From contig DASXJN010000054.1 of NCBI GenBank assembly GCA_036497365.1, forward strand, positions 1 to 52,523: 52,523 nt of DNA, read 5' to 3'. Shown here one piece after another: positions 44,463 through 52,523 of this stretch (its first letter is position 1; each line of letters starts with the position of its first letter). Made by a program: the position numbers and the translations under genes. Under the pieces are notes generated by a model. The model saw nothing but the letters and a program-made list of their open reading frames with translations. It made no database searches and was not told where the DNA came from. Source of the stretch: Jatrophihabitantaceae bacterium (GTDB taxonomy: Bacteria > Actinomycetota > Actinomycetes > Mycobacteriales > Jatrophihabitantaceae).

Positions 44463-45887
44463 TCAGACGTCGTAGTAGAGCTCGAACTCGTGCGGGTGCG
44501 GGCGCAGCCGGATCGGGTCGATCTCGGTGGTGCGCTTGTAGGCGACCCACGCGTCGATGAGGTCCTCGGTGAACACGCCGCCCTCGATCAGGAAGTCGTG
44601 ATCGGCCTCGAGGGCGCTCAGCACCTCGGGCAGTGAGCCGGGCACCTGCGCGATCGACGCCGCCTCGTCCGGCGGCAGTTCGTAGAGGTCCTTGTCCACC
44701 GGCTCGGCCGGCTCGATACGGTTCTTTATGCCATCCAGGCCCGCCATCAGCATCGCGGAGAAGGCGAGATAAGGGTTGGCCGACGGGTCGGGGATCCGGA
44801 ACTCGATGCGCTTGGCCTTGGCGTTGGTGCCGGTGATCGGCACACGGACGCAGGCCGAGCGGTTGCCCGAGCTGTAGACCAGGTTGACCGGCGCCTCGAA
44901 GCCGGGCACCAGCCGGTGGTAGGAGTTCACCGTCGGATTGGTGAAGGCCAATAGCGCCGGCGCGTGGTGCAGCAGGCCGCCGATGTAGTAGCGCGCGGTG
45001 TCGGACAGGCCTGCGTAGCCGAGCTCGTCGTAGAACAGCGGCTCGCCGTCCTTCCACAGCGACTGGTGGCAGTGCATGCCCGACCCGTTGTCGCCGAAGA
45101 GCGGCTTCGGCATGAAGGTGGCCGTCTTGCCGTTGGCCCAGGCCACGTTCTTGACGATGTATTTGAACTTCAGCACGTCGTCGGCTGCGGCCTGCAGCGT
45201 GTTGAACTTGTAGTTGATCTCGGCTTGGCCGGCGGTGCCGACCTCGTGATGAGCGCGCTCGACGGGGAGTCCGGCGGCGACCAGGGCACTGGTCATCTGG
45301 TCACGCAGGTCGGCGTAGTGGTCGACCGGCGGCACCGGGAAGTAGCCGCCCTTGTAGCGGGTCTTGTAGCCGCGGTTGCCACCCTCCTCGACCCGGCCGG
45401 TGTTCCAGGCGCCTTCGATCGAGTCGATGTGGTAGTAACCCTCGTTCTGCGAGGTCTGGAAGCGCACGTCGTCGAAGACGTAGAACTCGGCCTCCGGCCC
45501 GAAGAACGCGGTGTCGGCGATGCCGGTGGACTTGAGCCACGCCTCGGCCTTGGCCGCGACCTGCCGCGGATCGCGCTCGTACGGCTCGCCGGTGCGGGGC
45601 TCGACGATCGAAAAGGCGACGTTGAGCGTCTTGGCCGCGCGGAACGGGTCGACGTAGGCGGTGGCGACGTCGGGGACCAGCTTCATGTCCGACTTGTGTA
45701 TCGCGGCGAAGCCGCGGATCGACGAACCGTCGAACATCGCGCCCTCGCTGAAGAAGTCCTCGGGCAGCGTCGCGGTCGGGACGTTGAAGTGCTGTTGCTG
45801 ACCGGGGAGGTCGGTGAACCGGACGTCGATGAACTTCACGTCCTCGTTCTTGACAAAGCTCAAGACCTCATCGGGACTGCTGAACAT
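44463..45887 (-). CDS. glnA: Glutamine synthetase type I (GlnA1)
   Basis: '[21 protein letters not shown]...FDGSSIRGF...[16 protein letters not shown]...[20 protein letters not shown]...[13 protein letters not shown]...[17 protein letters not shown]' supports the call. The adenylylation-site context is '[10 protein letters not shown]'. SD GGAGGA lies upstream. Confidence 0.94.
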   Translation of the reverse strand: MFSSPDEVLSFVKNEDVKFIDVRFTDLPGQQQHFNVPTATLPEDFFSEGAMFDGSSIRGFAAIHKSDMKLVPDVATAYVDPFRAAKTLNVAFSIVEPRTGEPYERDPRQVAAKAEAWLKSTGIADTAFFGPEAEFYVFDDVRFQTSQNEGYYHIDSIEGAWNTGRVEEGGNRGYKTRYKGGYFPVPPVDHYADLRDQMTSALVAAGLPVERAHHEVGTAGQAEINYKFNTLQAAADDVLKFKYIVKNVAWANGKTATFMPKPLFGDNGSGMHCHQSLWKDGEPLFYDELGYAGLSDTARYYIGGLLHHAPALLAFTNPTVNSYHRLVPGFEAPVNLVYSSGNRSACVRVPITGTNAKAKRIEFRIPDPSANPYLAFSAMLMAGLDGIKNRIEPAEPVDKDLYELPPDEAASIAQVPGSLPEVLSALEADHDFLIEGGVFTEDLIDAWVAYKRTTEIDPIRLRPHPHEFELYYDV

Positions 45888-45974
45888 CGATCCTCCGTCG
45901 GGTTGGCCGCATCTGGTTCGGGATACTTCCTCCGCCGTGTTTCAGACATGTTGCGCCGCGCTGTGGCCGGGCTA

Positions 45975-46427
45975 CTACCCCCGCACGACCGCCGTGTCGG
46001 TGTACCGGTCGTGCAGCCCCCGGCCGTCTCGATCGAACACGACCGCGGGTACGAGCAGCATGAGCAGCACCGTCCGCAGGACCGCACGCCACGGATTGAC
46101 GGCGTCGTCGCGGTCGACGCGGATCACGCGCAGCCCGAACAGGTACATCCCGAGGGTGCGGCCGGCGACGAGCATGCCGATCACGTAGTCGACCGCGAAC
46201 GGAATCAGGCTCCAGTAGCCGGGCAGCCGATCGGCGAGGTCGTGGTGCCCGGGCCGGTGGCGGTGCGCGACGCTGACGAACAGAGCAGCGACGAAGATCG
46301 AGGCGATCGAGTCGACGACGAACGCGCCGATCCGTGCGCCGGTGCCGGCGAGCGAGGCCGGGCCGGACGACGGCAGACCGAGGCGCTCGCCGCGGTAGGC
46401 CTGAGCTCCGGTGGTGGGGGACGTCAT
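45975..46427 (-). CDS. RDD-family membrane protein
   Basis: 'GARIGAFVVDSI...GRTLGMYLFGLRVIRVD...RGLHDRYTDTAVV' carries the RDD signature residues. It lies next to glnA1, as in mycobacteria. Confidence 0.8.
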   Translation of the reverse strand: MTSPTTGAQAYRGERLGLPSSGPASLAGTGARIGAFVVDSIASIFVAALFVSVAHRHRPGHHDLADRLPGYWSLIPFAVDYVIGMLVAGRTLGMYLFGLRVIRVDRDDAVNPWRAVLRTVLLMLLVPAVVFDRDGRGLHDRYTDTAVVRG

Positions 46428-46448
46428 GATGTCGAGCCGCTACGAAGA

Positions 46449-47207
46449 TCAGGTGCGGCGACGCACGGTGCGCTGCACATTGCGCATCCTCGCGCCTTGC
46501 GGCATCGGGCCCTGGGGGAGCGGCGCGCGCGGTCCGCCGAGCGCGCCGAGGCGCTTGTCGAGGGCCGCGACCTCCTGCTTGGTCAGGTTGGTCGGCAGCT
46601 TGAGCAGGTACCGGTTCAGCCGGCCGAGCCGCACATCGCCCTCGCCGGTGCCCACCGTGATGTCGTAGATCGGGGTGTCGCCGGCGACGCGGGAGATCTT
46701 CTTCTTCTCCTGGGCGACCAGGCCCCGAACGCGGTGCGGTGCGCCCTCGGCGACCAGGACGATGCCCGGACGGCCGACCAGCCGGTGGACGACATCGAGC
46801 TGGGTGGTGCCCGCGATGCCCTGGGTGAGCCGCCAGTCACCCTTGAGTTGCTGCTGGAGCAGCCACCCCGCGGCACCGGGCTGCCCTTCGGCCTGGCTGT
46901 ACATCGACGTCTGCGCGCGCCGGCTGAACACGAGCATGCCGACGATGGCGAACCCGAACACCGCGAACGGGATCGGGAAGTAGACCGAGTCGGTGAGCCA
47001 GAAGACGAGCAGGTAGAGCGCGGCCGCCGCCAGCACGCTGAACAGGACGAGGTACGGCAGGAACTTGGGGTCCTGCTTGCGCGTGAGCGTGAACGCCTGG
47101 CCGACGCTGCGGAAGGTCTCGCGGCGTGACTTCCGTTTCTCCGTACGCGCAGCCTTCTTCTCCGCGCGGGTGGGTTTTGCGGGCCGCGCTGCCGCCTCCT
47201 TCGCCAT
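46449..47207 (-). CDS. DUF4191-domain membrane protein
   Basis: It has a basic N-terminus and two TM helices. 'RVRGLVAQEKKKISRVAGDTPIYDITVG' supports the call. Its conserved position lies between lipA and glnA1 (Rv2219-like). Confidence 0.8.
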   Translation of the reverse strand: MAKEAAARPAKPTRAEKKAARTEKRKSRRETFRSVGQAFTLTRKQDPKFLPYLVLFSVLAAAALYLLVFWLTDSVYFPIPFAVFGFAIVGMLVFSRRAQTSMYSQAEGQPGAAGWLLQQQLKGDWRLTQGIAGTTQLDVVHRLVGRPGIVLVAEGAPHRVRGLVAQEKKKISRVAGDTPIYDITVGTGEGDVRLGRLNRYLLKLPTNLTKQEVAALDKRLGALGGPRAPLPQGPMPQGARMRNVQRTVRRRT

Positions 47208-47321
47208 GCCGTCAAGGATAGGGCCGGGCTGTGCGTCGGCGGGTCGCGGCCCGGTCCGGGCGGAAGGGTCTCGAGTTTCTCGATTTGGCGTTTACCAAAA
47301 CGTTATGAATACTGCTTCCCG

Positions 47322-48038
47322 ATGAAGAAACGTGCGCTTGCAACGATCGTCGGCCTCGCCGTCCTCGGTGTCTTGGCTGTGGCGTCGGCCGAATCGGCAG
47401 CTGCCGCCGCCCGGACGGGGATCGGCGGGCACTTCACGAAGGCCGTCCAGCATCGGGACGGGTCGATCCGGGTCGACGGCGCGGCCCGGGACCGCGCACA
47501 CCCGAACGCACCATTGCCGATGTGCATCGTCGTGCACTCCGACTGCGTCCGGCACTTCTCCACCTCGCACGGCACGTTCTCGGTTCGGGTGCCGGCGCAA
47601 CACCCGGGTGTGCGGCTCAACCTGCGCAGCATGGCCGGTAGGCCCATGCACCTCGACCAGACCAGGGTCGAGTCGCCGGGACAGCGCGCCGTCGACGTCG
47701 CCAAGCGGTACGTGGGGCATCGCTACACCTATGGCGGCTCGTCGCCGCGCACCGGCTTCGACTGCTCGGGCTACACCCTGTACAGCTATCGACGCGCCGG
47801 GGTCGCCCGGTTACCGCACAACACGAATGCGCAGGAGCACGCGCCGCACATGCACCGCATCTCGCGGGCGCACGCCCGGCCGGGCGACCTGATCTTCTAC
47901 ATGAGTGGCGGGTCGTCCTACCACGTGGCGATCTTCGCCGGTCACGGCATGCAGTACGCCGCGGCGACCCCCCAGGACGGCGTCGTCTACCAGCACATCT
48001 GGTCCCGGCGAGTGCAATTTAGGACGGATTGGCATTAG
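47322..48038 (+). CDS. Secreted NlpC/P60 (C40) peptidoglycan endopeptidase
   Basis: It has a signal peptide 'MKKRALATIVGLAVLGVLAVASA'. The catalytic 'YTYGGSSPRTGFDCSGYTLYSY' and 'GDLIFY...YHVAIFAG' supply the Cys and His. Confidence 0.86.
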   Translation: MKKRALATIVGLAVLGVLAVASAESAAAAARTGIGGHFTKAVQHRDGSIRVDGAARDRAHPNAPLPMCIVVHSDCVRHFSTSHGTFSVRVPAQHPGVRLNLRSMAGRPMHLDQTRVESPGQRAVDVAKRYVGHRYTYGGSSPRTGFDCSGYTLYSYRRAGVARLPHNTNAQEHAPHMHRISRAHARPGDLIFYMSGGSSYHVAIFAGHGMQYAAATPQDGVVYQHIWSRRVQFRTDWH

Positions 48039-48057
48039 CGATAGGTGAGTTCGAGGC

Positions 48058-48089
48058 GACCACCAACGCGATGAGCGCTCGCGCGAAGA
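48058..48089. repeat. Dispersed intergenic repeat, copy B
   Basis: GACCACCAACGCGATGAGCGCTCGCGCGAAGA shares an identical 22-mer core (48068-48089) with 25222-25243. It lies in the convergent gap between the NlpC/P60 gene and lipA. Confidence 0.7.
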
Positions 48090-48110
48090 GCCCGCCGCCC
48101 GCGCGAGCGT
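48075..48110. terminator. Strong GC hairpin in the convergent NlpC/P60-lipA gap
   Basis: GCTCGCGCG (48077-48085) pairs perfectly with CGCGCGAGC (48100-48108). One further C-G pair and a G-T wobble extend the stem, and the loop is 14 nt. A second 6-bp hairpin, CGAGCT...AGCTCG, follows. There is no U-tract. Confidence 0.4.
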
Positions 48111-48189
48111 CAGCGAGCTTGCGGGTGCGGAGCTCGAGACGGCCCCGAGCGAAGCGAGCGGGCCAGATCGAGATCCGCTTTCGGCGGAG

Positions 48190-49125
48190 TTAAGCCCCGT
48201 CCGATCGCGCAGCGATCGCGCGCGCGTAGAGACTCTTCGCTTTGTAGGACGACCTCACCAGCGGACCGGACATCACGCCGGCGAAGCCGATGTCCTCGGC
48301 TTCCTCGCGCAGCTGGACGAACTCGTCAGGCTTGACCCAGCGGCTCACCGGATGGTGCTTCGGGGACGGGCGCAGGTACTGCGTGATCGTGATCAGTTCG
48401 CAGCCGGCGTCGTAGAGGTCCTGCAGGGCCTGGCTGATCTCGGCGCGCTCTTCGCCCATGCCGAGGATCAGGTTCGACTTGGTGACCAGGCCGTCCGCGC
48501 GGGCCGCCCGGATGACATCGAGCGAGCGCTCGTAGCGAAAGCCCGGCCGGATCGACTTGAAGATGCGTGGCACGGTCTCGATGTTGTGCGCGAACACCTC
48601 GGGACGGCTGGCGAACACTTCGGCGAGCAGCTCGGGAATGGCGTTGAAGTCCGGCGCGAGCAGCTCGACACCGGTATCCGGGTTCAGCTCGTGGATCTGA
48701 CGCACCGTCTCGGCGTAGAGCCAGGCACCGCCGTCCACCAGGTCGTCGCGGGCGACGCCGGTGATCGTCGCGTAGCGCAGCTCCATCGTCCGCACGCTCT
48801 CGGCGACCCGGCGCGGCTCGTCCCGGTCGAGTGCCTGGGGCCGCCCGGTGTCGATCTGGCAGAAGTCGCAACGCCGGGTGCACTGGTCGCCGCCGATGAG
48901 GAAGGTCGCCTCGCGGTCCTCCCAGCACTCGTAGATGTTCGGGCAGCCGGCTTCCTGGCATACCGTGTGCAGCCCTTCGCGCTGCACGAGCTCGCGCAGC
49001 CCGGTGTATTCGGGACCCATCTTGGCCCGGGTCTTGATCCACTCCGGCTTGCGCTCGATCGGGACGGCCGCGTTGCGCGCCTCGACGCGCAACATGCGAC
49101 GGCCGTCCGGTTGCACTGCGGTCAC
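48190..49125 (-). CDS. lipA: Lipoyl synthase
   Basis: The GTG at 49125 overlaps the lipB stop (GTGA) and gives 311 aa. It has the radical-SAM '[10 protein letters not shown]' and the auxiliary cluster '[12 protein letters not shown]'. Confidence 0.93.
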   Translation of the reverse strand: MTAVQPDGRRMLRVEARNAAVPIERKPEWIKTRAKMGPEYTGLRELVQREGLHTVCQEAGCPNIYECWEDREATFLIGGDQCTRRCDFCQIDTGRPQALDRDEPRRVAESVRTMELRYATITGVARDDLVDGGAWLYAETVRQIHELNPDTGVELLAPDFNAIPELLAEVFASRPEVFAHNIETVPRIFKSIRPGFRYERSLDVIRAARADGLVTKSNLILGMGEERAEISQALQDLYDAGCELITITQYLRPSPKHHPVSRWVKPDEFVQLREEAEDIGFAGVMSGPLVRSSYKAKSLYARAIAARSDGA

Positions 49126-49796
49126 ACGGCCACCCCGGTCTCGACACGGACTCGTAGGAGGCTCGGTAGGTGCTGCTCGACGATCGGCAGCACCTCGGCG
49201 ACAGTCACGTCTCGTCCGAGCTCCTTGGACAGCGACGTCACGCCGGCGTCGGTTATTCCGCACGGGACGAAGGTGTCGAAGAACGCCAGGTCCGGATCGC
49301 AGTTCAGCGCGAAACCGTGCAGGGTCACGCCGCGCGCCACCCGGATGCCGATCGCGCCGATCTTGCGGTCCGGCCCGCGGTCGTCGGCGCGCACCCAGGC
49401 CCCGCTGCGGCCGTCCACCCGGCCGGCGACGACGCCGAGTTCGGCGCAGGCGTCGATGAGCACGCCCTCCATGCGCCGGACGTAGGCGACCACGTCGACC
49501 GGATCCGGCAGCTTGACGATCGGGTAGCCGACGAGTTGGCCCGGGCCGTGCCAGGTGATCTTCCCGCCGCGATCCACGTCGATGACCGGAGTGCCGTCGG
49601 CGGGACGTTCCTGCGGCTCGGTGCGCTTGCCGGCGGTGTACACGGACGGGTGCTCCAGCAGCAGTGCGGTGTCGCCGCGCAGGCCGTCGGCCACCTCGGC
49701 GTGGAGCGCACGCTGCCGCGCCCAGGCCTGGTCGTACGGCACCAGCCCGGCGCGGACGATCGCGAGTTCGCCGATGACACCAGTCACGACATTCAC
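49122..49796 (-). CDS. lipB: Lipoyl(octanoyl) transferase
   Basis: '[14 protein letters not shown]...[20 protein letters not shown]...[19 protein letters not shown]' supports the call. The start is uncertain. GTG 49796 gives an N-terminal length like mycobacterial LipB. The longest ORF starts at GTG 49868, only 8-14 bp from the divergent MMPL start. Confidence 0.88.
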   Translation of the reverse strand: MNVVTGVIGELAIVRAGLVPYDQAWARQRALHAEVADGLRGDTALLLEHPSVYTAGKRTEPQERPADGTPVIDVDRGGKITWHGPGQLVGYPIVKLPDPVDVVAYVRRMEGVLIDACAELGVVAGRVDGRSGAWVRADDRGPDRKIGAIGIRVARGVTLHGFALNCDPDLAFFDTFVPCGITDAGVTSLSKELGRDVTVAEVLPIVEQHLPSLLRVRVETGVAV

Positions 49797-49882
49797 GGTA
49801 CTCAAGGCCCGCTCCGGAACCCCATCGCGGCCGCTCCGCCCGCCTCGGTACGGTTTGCGCCTACTCACAGGCGGAGGTGGCG

Positions 49883-52189
49883 ATGACCACGCTCGACGAG
49901 GAGCGCGACACCGCGCGCGCGGAGAACCCTCGCCGGCCGCGCATGGTGTGGGTCGTCGGCGCGCTCGCCCTGATCTTCTTCCTGATCGGCGCCGCCGGCG
50001 GTTCGTACCTAGGCAAGCTCAGCGACGTACAGAAGAACGACAACTCCTCGTTCTCACCGGGCTCAGCAGACTCGACCAAGGTCTACAACGAGTCGCAGAA
50101 GTTCACCAAGACGCAGACCATCCCGGGATTCATCGTCTACGTGCGCGACTCGGGCATCACCGCGTCCGACCAGCAGAAGATCGCCGGTGACGTCGCCAGG
50201 TTCAAGGGCGTCCCGGGCGTCGCGGCAGACCAGGTGGGCCGGCCGCAGCCCAGCAAGAACGGCGACGTCGTCGCCGTGTCCGTCCCGCTGATCGGCAAGA
50301 ACGGCTCGGTGAGCAAGACCGGACCACAACTGGTCGACGCCGAGAAGGCGGTCATCAAGGTCGCGCAGGCAGGCAATCCGTCCGGGCTGCAGGTGCACTC
50401 CGCCGGCGCCGGTGGCGTGCTGGTCGCCTTCATCGATGCGTTCAGCGGGCTGGACGGCACTCTGTTGCTGTCAGCCGGGCTGGTCGTCATCGTGCTGTTG
50501 CTGCTGGTATACCGCAGCCCGGTGCTGTGGTTCTTCCCGCTGTTCAGCGCGGCCCTCGCGCTCGGCTCGGCGGCGCTGGTGATCTATCCGCTGGCCAAGC
50601 ACAACATCATCACGCTGAACGGGCAGAGCCAGGGCATCCTGTCGGTGTTGGTGATCGGCGCCGGCACCGACTACGCGCTCTTGCTGATCAGCAGATTCCG
50701 CGAGGAACTGCACGAGTTCGACAATCCCGTCGATGCGATGGTCGTCGCCTGGCGCGGCGCCGTCACACCGATTCTCGCCTCGGCCGTGACGGTCATCCTC
50801 GGACTCATCTGCCTCACCGCCGCCGAACTGAACTCGACCGCGGGCCTCGGTCCGGTCTGCGCCATCGGCATCGGCTGCACCGTGCTGACCATGCTCACCG
50901 TGCTGCCGGCGTTGCTGATGTTCGTCGGCCGGTTCGGCAACTGGCTCAACCCGGTCGGCTGGGTGCTGCTGATCATGAAGTTCCGCAAGCGGCGGATCAG
51001 TGACGGACGCTGGCTCTTCTGGCCGAGGCGTCCGCGCGCCGACCACCTGACCGACGTCGCGTTGCACGGCGTCTGGGCACGCATCTCGGAGGGCGTGGCC
51101 CGGCGGCGCCGGCTGCTCTGGTCGGTCACCGGCGTCGTCCTCATCGCGTGCGCGATCGCGATCACCGGTCTCAAGACGCAAGGTTTGTCGACCATCGACG
51201 GCTTCACCAACAAGCCTGACGCTCTGACGGGCCAGCACGTGTACGACGATGCGTTCCCGTCCAGCAAGGGCGCCGGCGCGCCGGCGAACATTCTCTACAA
51301 CGCGGACAAGACGGACGCGGTCATCGCCGCCGTGAAGCCGCTCGAAGGCGTGTCGAAAGCACCGAATGCGGTCTGCGTCGAGATCGACTACGTCAAGGCG
51401 GCGCGGGCGATCAAGGCGAACCCCGCCGCGACGAAGAACTTCGCGACCTCGTGCCCGCCGCCACAACTGCAGCTCCAGCCGATCGGCGGCAAGCTGATCA
51501 TCGACGCGACTCTCACCGACAGTTACGACAGCCAGGGTGCATACGCGACGGTGCAGCGCATCCGCGACGCGGTCAGCAAGGTCCCGGGTGCCGATGCGCT
51601 CGTCGGCGGCAGTTCGGCGACCAACCTCGACATCCAGAACGCATCCCGGCACGACCGCGACGTGATCATCCCGCTGGTGCTGTTCGTGATCCTCGTCGTG
51701 CTCGGCCTCGTGCTGCGTGCGCTCGTCGCGCCGATCCTGCTGATCGCCACTGTGGTGCTCTCGTTCACCGCGGCGCTCGGCGTCAGCGCGTTGTTCTTCA
51801 ACCACGTGTTCCACTTCGCCAACGCCGATCCGTCGTTCCCGTTGTTCGCGTTCGTGTTCCTGGTCGCACTCGGGATCGACTACAACATCTTCCTGATGAC
51901 CCGGGTACGCGAAGAGACGCTCGAGTTCGGCACCAGGAAGGGGATCGTGCGGGGCCTGTCCGTGACCGGCGGCGTGATCACTTCGGCGGGCATCGTGCTG
52001 GCCGCGACGTTCGTGGTGCTCGGCGTGCTGCCGATCGTGTTCCTCGCCGAAATCGGCTTCACCGTGGCGTTCGGTGTGCTCCTCGACACGTTCGTGGTGC
52101 GGTCGATCCTCGTCCCGGCGTTGAGCTATGACATCGGGAAGAAGATCTGGTGGCCGTCCAAGCTGTCGCGGAGCAGCGCACCTGAGTAG
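49883..52189 (+). CDS. MMPL-family (RND superfamily) membrane transporter
   Basis: The ATG at 49883 lies 5 nt after GGAGG. It has two 6-TM bundles with periplasmic domains. '[18 protein letters not shown]' and '[17 protein letters not shown]' are the paired MMPL motifs. Confidence 0.88.
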   Translation: MTTLDEERDTARAENPRRPRMVWVVGALALIFFLIGAAGGSYLGKLSDVQKNDNSSFSPGSADSTKVYNESQKFTKTQTIPGFIVYVRDSGITASDQQKIAGDVARFKGVPGVAADQVGRPQPSKNGDVVAVSVPLIGKNGSVSKTGPQLVDAEKAVIKVAQAGNPSGLQVHSAGAGGVLVAFIDAFSGLDGTLLLSAGLVVIVLLLLVYRSPVLWFFPLFSAALALGSAALVIYPLAKHNIITLNGQSQGILSVLVIGAGTDYALLLISRFREELHEFDNPVDAMVVAWRGAVTPILASAVTVILGLICLTAAELNSTAGLGPVCAIGIGCTVLTMLTVLPALLMFVGRFGNWLNPVGWVLLIMKFRKRRISDGRWLFWPRRPRADHLTDVALHGVWARISEGVARRRRLLWSVTGVVLIACAIAITGLKTQGLSTIDGFTNKPDALTGQHVYDDAFPSSKGAGAPANILYNADKTDAVIAAVKPLEGVSKAPNAVCVEIDYVKAARAIKANPAATKNFATSCPPPQLQLQPIGGKLIIDATLTDSYDSQGAYATVQRIRDAVSKVPGADALVGGSSATNLDIQNASRHDRDVIIPLVLFVILVVLGLVLRALVAPILLIATVVLSFTAALGVSALFFNHVFHFANADPSFPLFAFVFLVALGIDYNIFLMTRVREETLEFGTRKGIVRGLSVTGGVITSAGIVLAATFVVLGVLPIVFLAEIGFTVAFGVLLDTFVVRSILVPALSYDIGKKIWWPSKLSRSSAPE

Positions 52190-52329
52190 CCCGACCCTGA
52201 CGGATGTCAGGGGTGACTAGGGGTGAAACCCCATCGCGAGATGTCGCCCCTTTTGGTTACCGTGGCCTCGAAACGCGTCAGCCGGGGCGCGCAATCCGCC
52301 GCCACCCGCGTGATCGGGAGATATGAATA

Positions 52330-52523
52330 ATGAAGACCCTTGCCGAGTTCGCCATCAGGCGTCGGTGGTTCGTCATCGTCGGATGGCTCGTGCTCGTCGT
52401 CGCGGCCCAGGGCATCGCCAGTGCGATGGGGGGTGCGGCATACAAGGACACGTTCAGCCTGCCTCACACCGAGACCGCGACTGTCGCCAACCTGCTGAAG
52501 AACGCCGGCCTGGACAACCAGAA
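52330..52523 (+). CDS. Second MMPL-family transporter, 5' fragment running off the window
   Basis: My own translation from the ATG at 52330 (GGGAG 9 nt upstream) is 'MKTLAEFAIRRRWFVIVGWLVLVVAAQGIASAMGGAAYKDTFSLPHTETATVANLLKNAGLDNQ', a typical MMPL N-terminus. It is absent from the ORF track because no stop falls in the window. Confidence 0.75.
   Translation, partial: MKTLAEFAIRRRWFVIVGWLVLVVAAQGIASAMGGAAYKDTFSLPHTETATVANLLKNAGLDNQ

Noticed and set aside
47208-47321. A cyclic-di-AMP (ydaO-type) riboswitch upstream of the NlpC/P60 hydrolase gene, a common actinobacterial association.
   Set aside because: The spacer is only 114 nt, and I could not find the conserved ydaO core strings or the pseudo-twofold helices. 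A covariance-model scan would be needed to be certain.
48071-48193. A possible 40-codon ORF starting at the ATG inside repeat copy B. The shared peptide TTNAMSARAK arises because the two mismatches between copies are 3 nt apart.
   Set aside because: Two mismatches are far too few to infer codon-phase conservation. Copy A would encode only 9 aa, and the translation of copy B is Arg/Ser/Pro-rich and non-coding-like. I treat it as a DNA or RNA element.
52207-52467. The 86-aa minus-strand ORF between the two MMPL genes.
   Set aside because: It overlaps the well-supported start of the second MMPL gene (52330) on the opposite strand and has no motif or SD.

Overview
This is a densely coding, high-GC chromosomal segment of Actinomycetota type. 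I call about 50 protein genes, one RNase P RNA, a few hairpins and regulatory palindromes, and two in-frame coding tandem repeats. I saw no rRNA, tRNA, CRISPR array, transposase or integrase.

From memory, the conserved backbone matches the Mycobacterium tuberculosis Rv2217-Rv2230c neighbourhood in inverted orientation:
- Nif3 / Zn-ribbon / RNase H-CobC at 1.8-4.8 kb
- panB-nadE at 25-28 kb
- glnA2-(GATase)-glnE at 29.7-35 kb
- glnA1, RDD, DUF4191, lipA and lipB at 44.5-49.8 kb

Between these blocks lie:
- an RsbW-like kinase with two STAS antagonists (0.07-1.2 kb)
- an ArsB-like permease divergent from rnpB
- lsr2
- an ABC-2 exporter
- a VOC gene and dinB sharing a LexA-type palindrome
- gpgS-folP2
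- a large LuxR (LAL) regulator
- a complete pobA-pcaIJHGBL protocatechuate operon with a divergent IclR regulator
- a histone-H1-like K/A-repeat gene followed directly by a minimal RNB exoribonuclease
- a ~9.5 kb accessory block wedged between glnE and glnA1, carrying PAP2, MFS, MarR, an S8 protease with a Trp-pentapeptide tail, an orphan PAS kinase, a second MarR, SnoaL and a SARP-alpha/beta-hydrolase fusion
- two tandem MMPL transporters at the 3' end

I found no recognisable defence or mobile system. The observations most worth follow-up are:
- the H1-like/RNB pair and its AT-rich, palindrome-laden upstream tract
- the SARP-hydrolase one-component fusion
- the Trp-repeat protease tail
- a 22-nt exact repeat shared by two convergent intergenic gaps
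- the GATase inserted in the glnA2-glnE operon

All functional calls rest on my reading of the translated ORFs and remembered family motifs. No database search was run.
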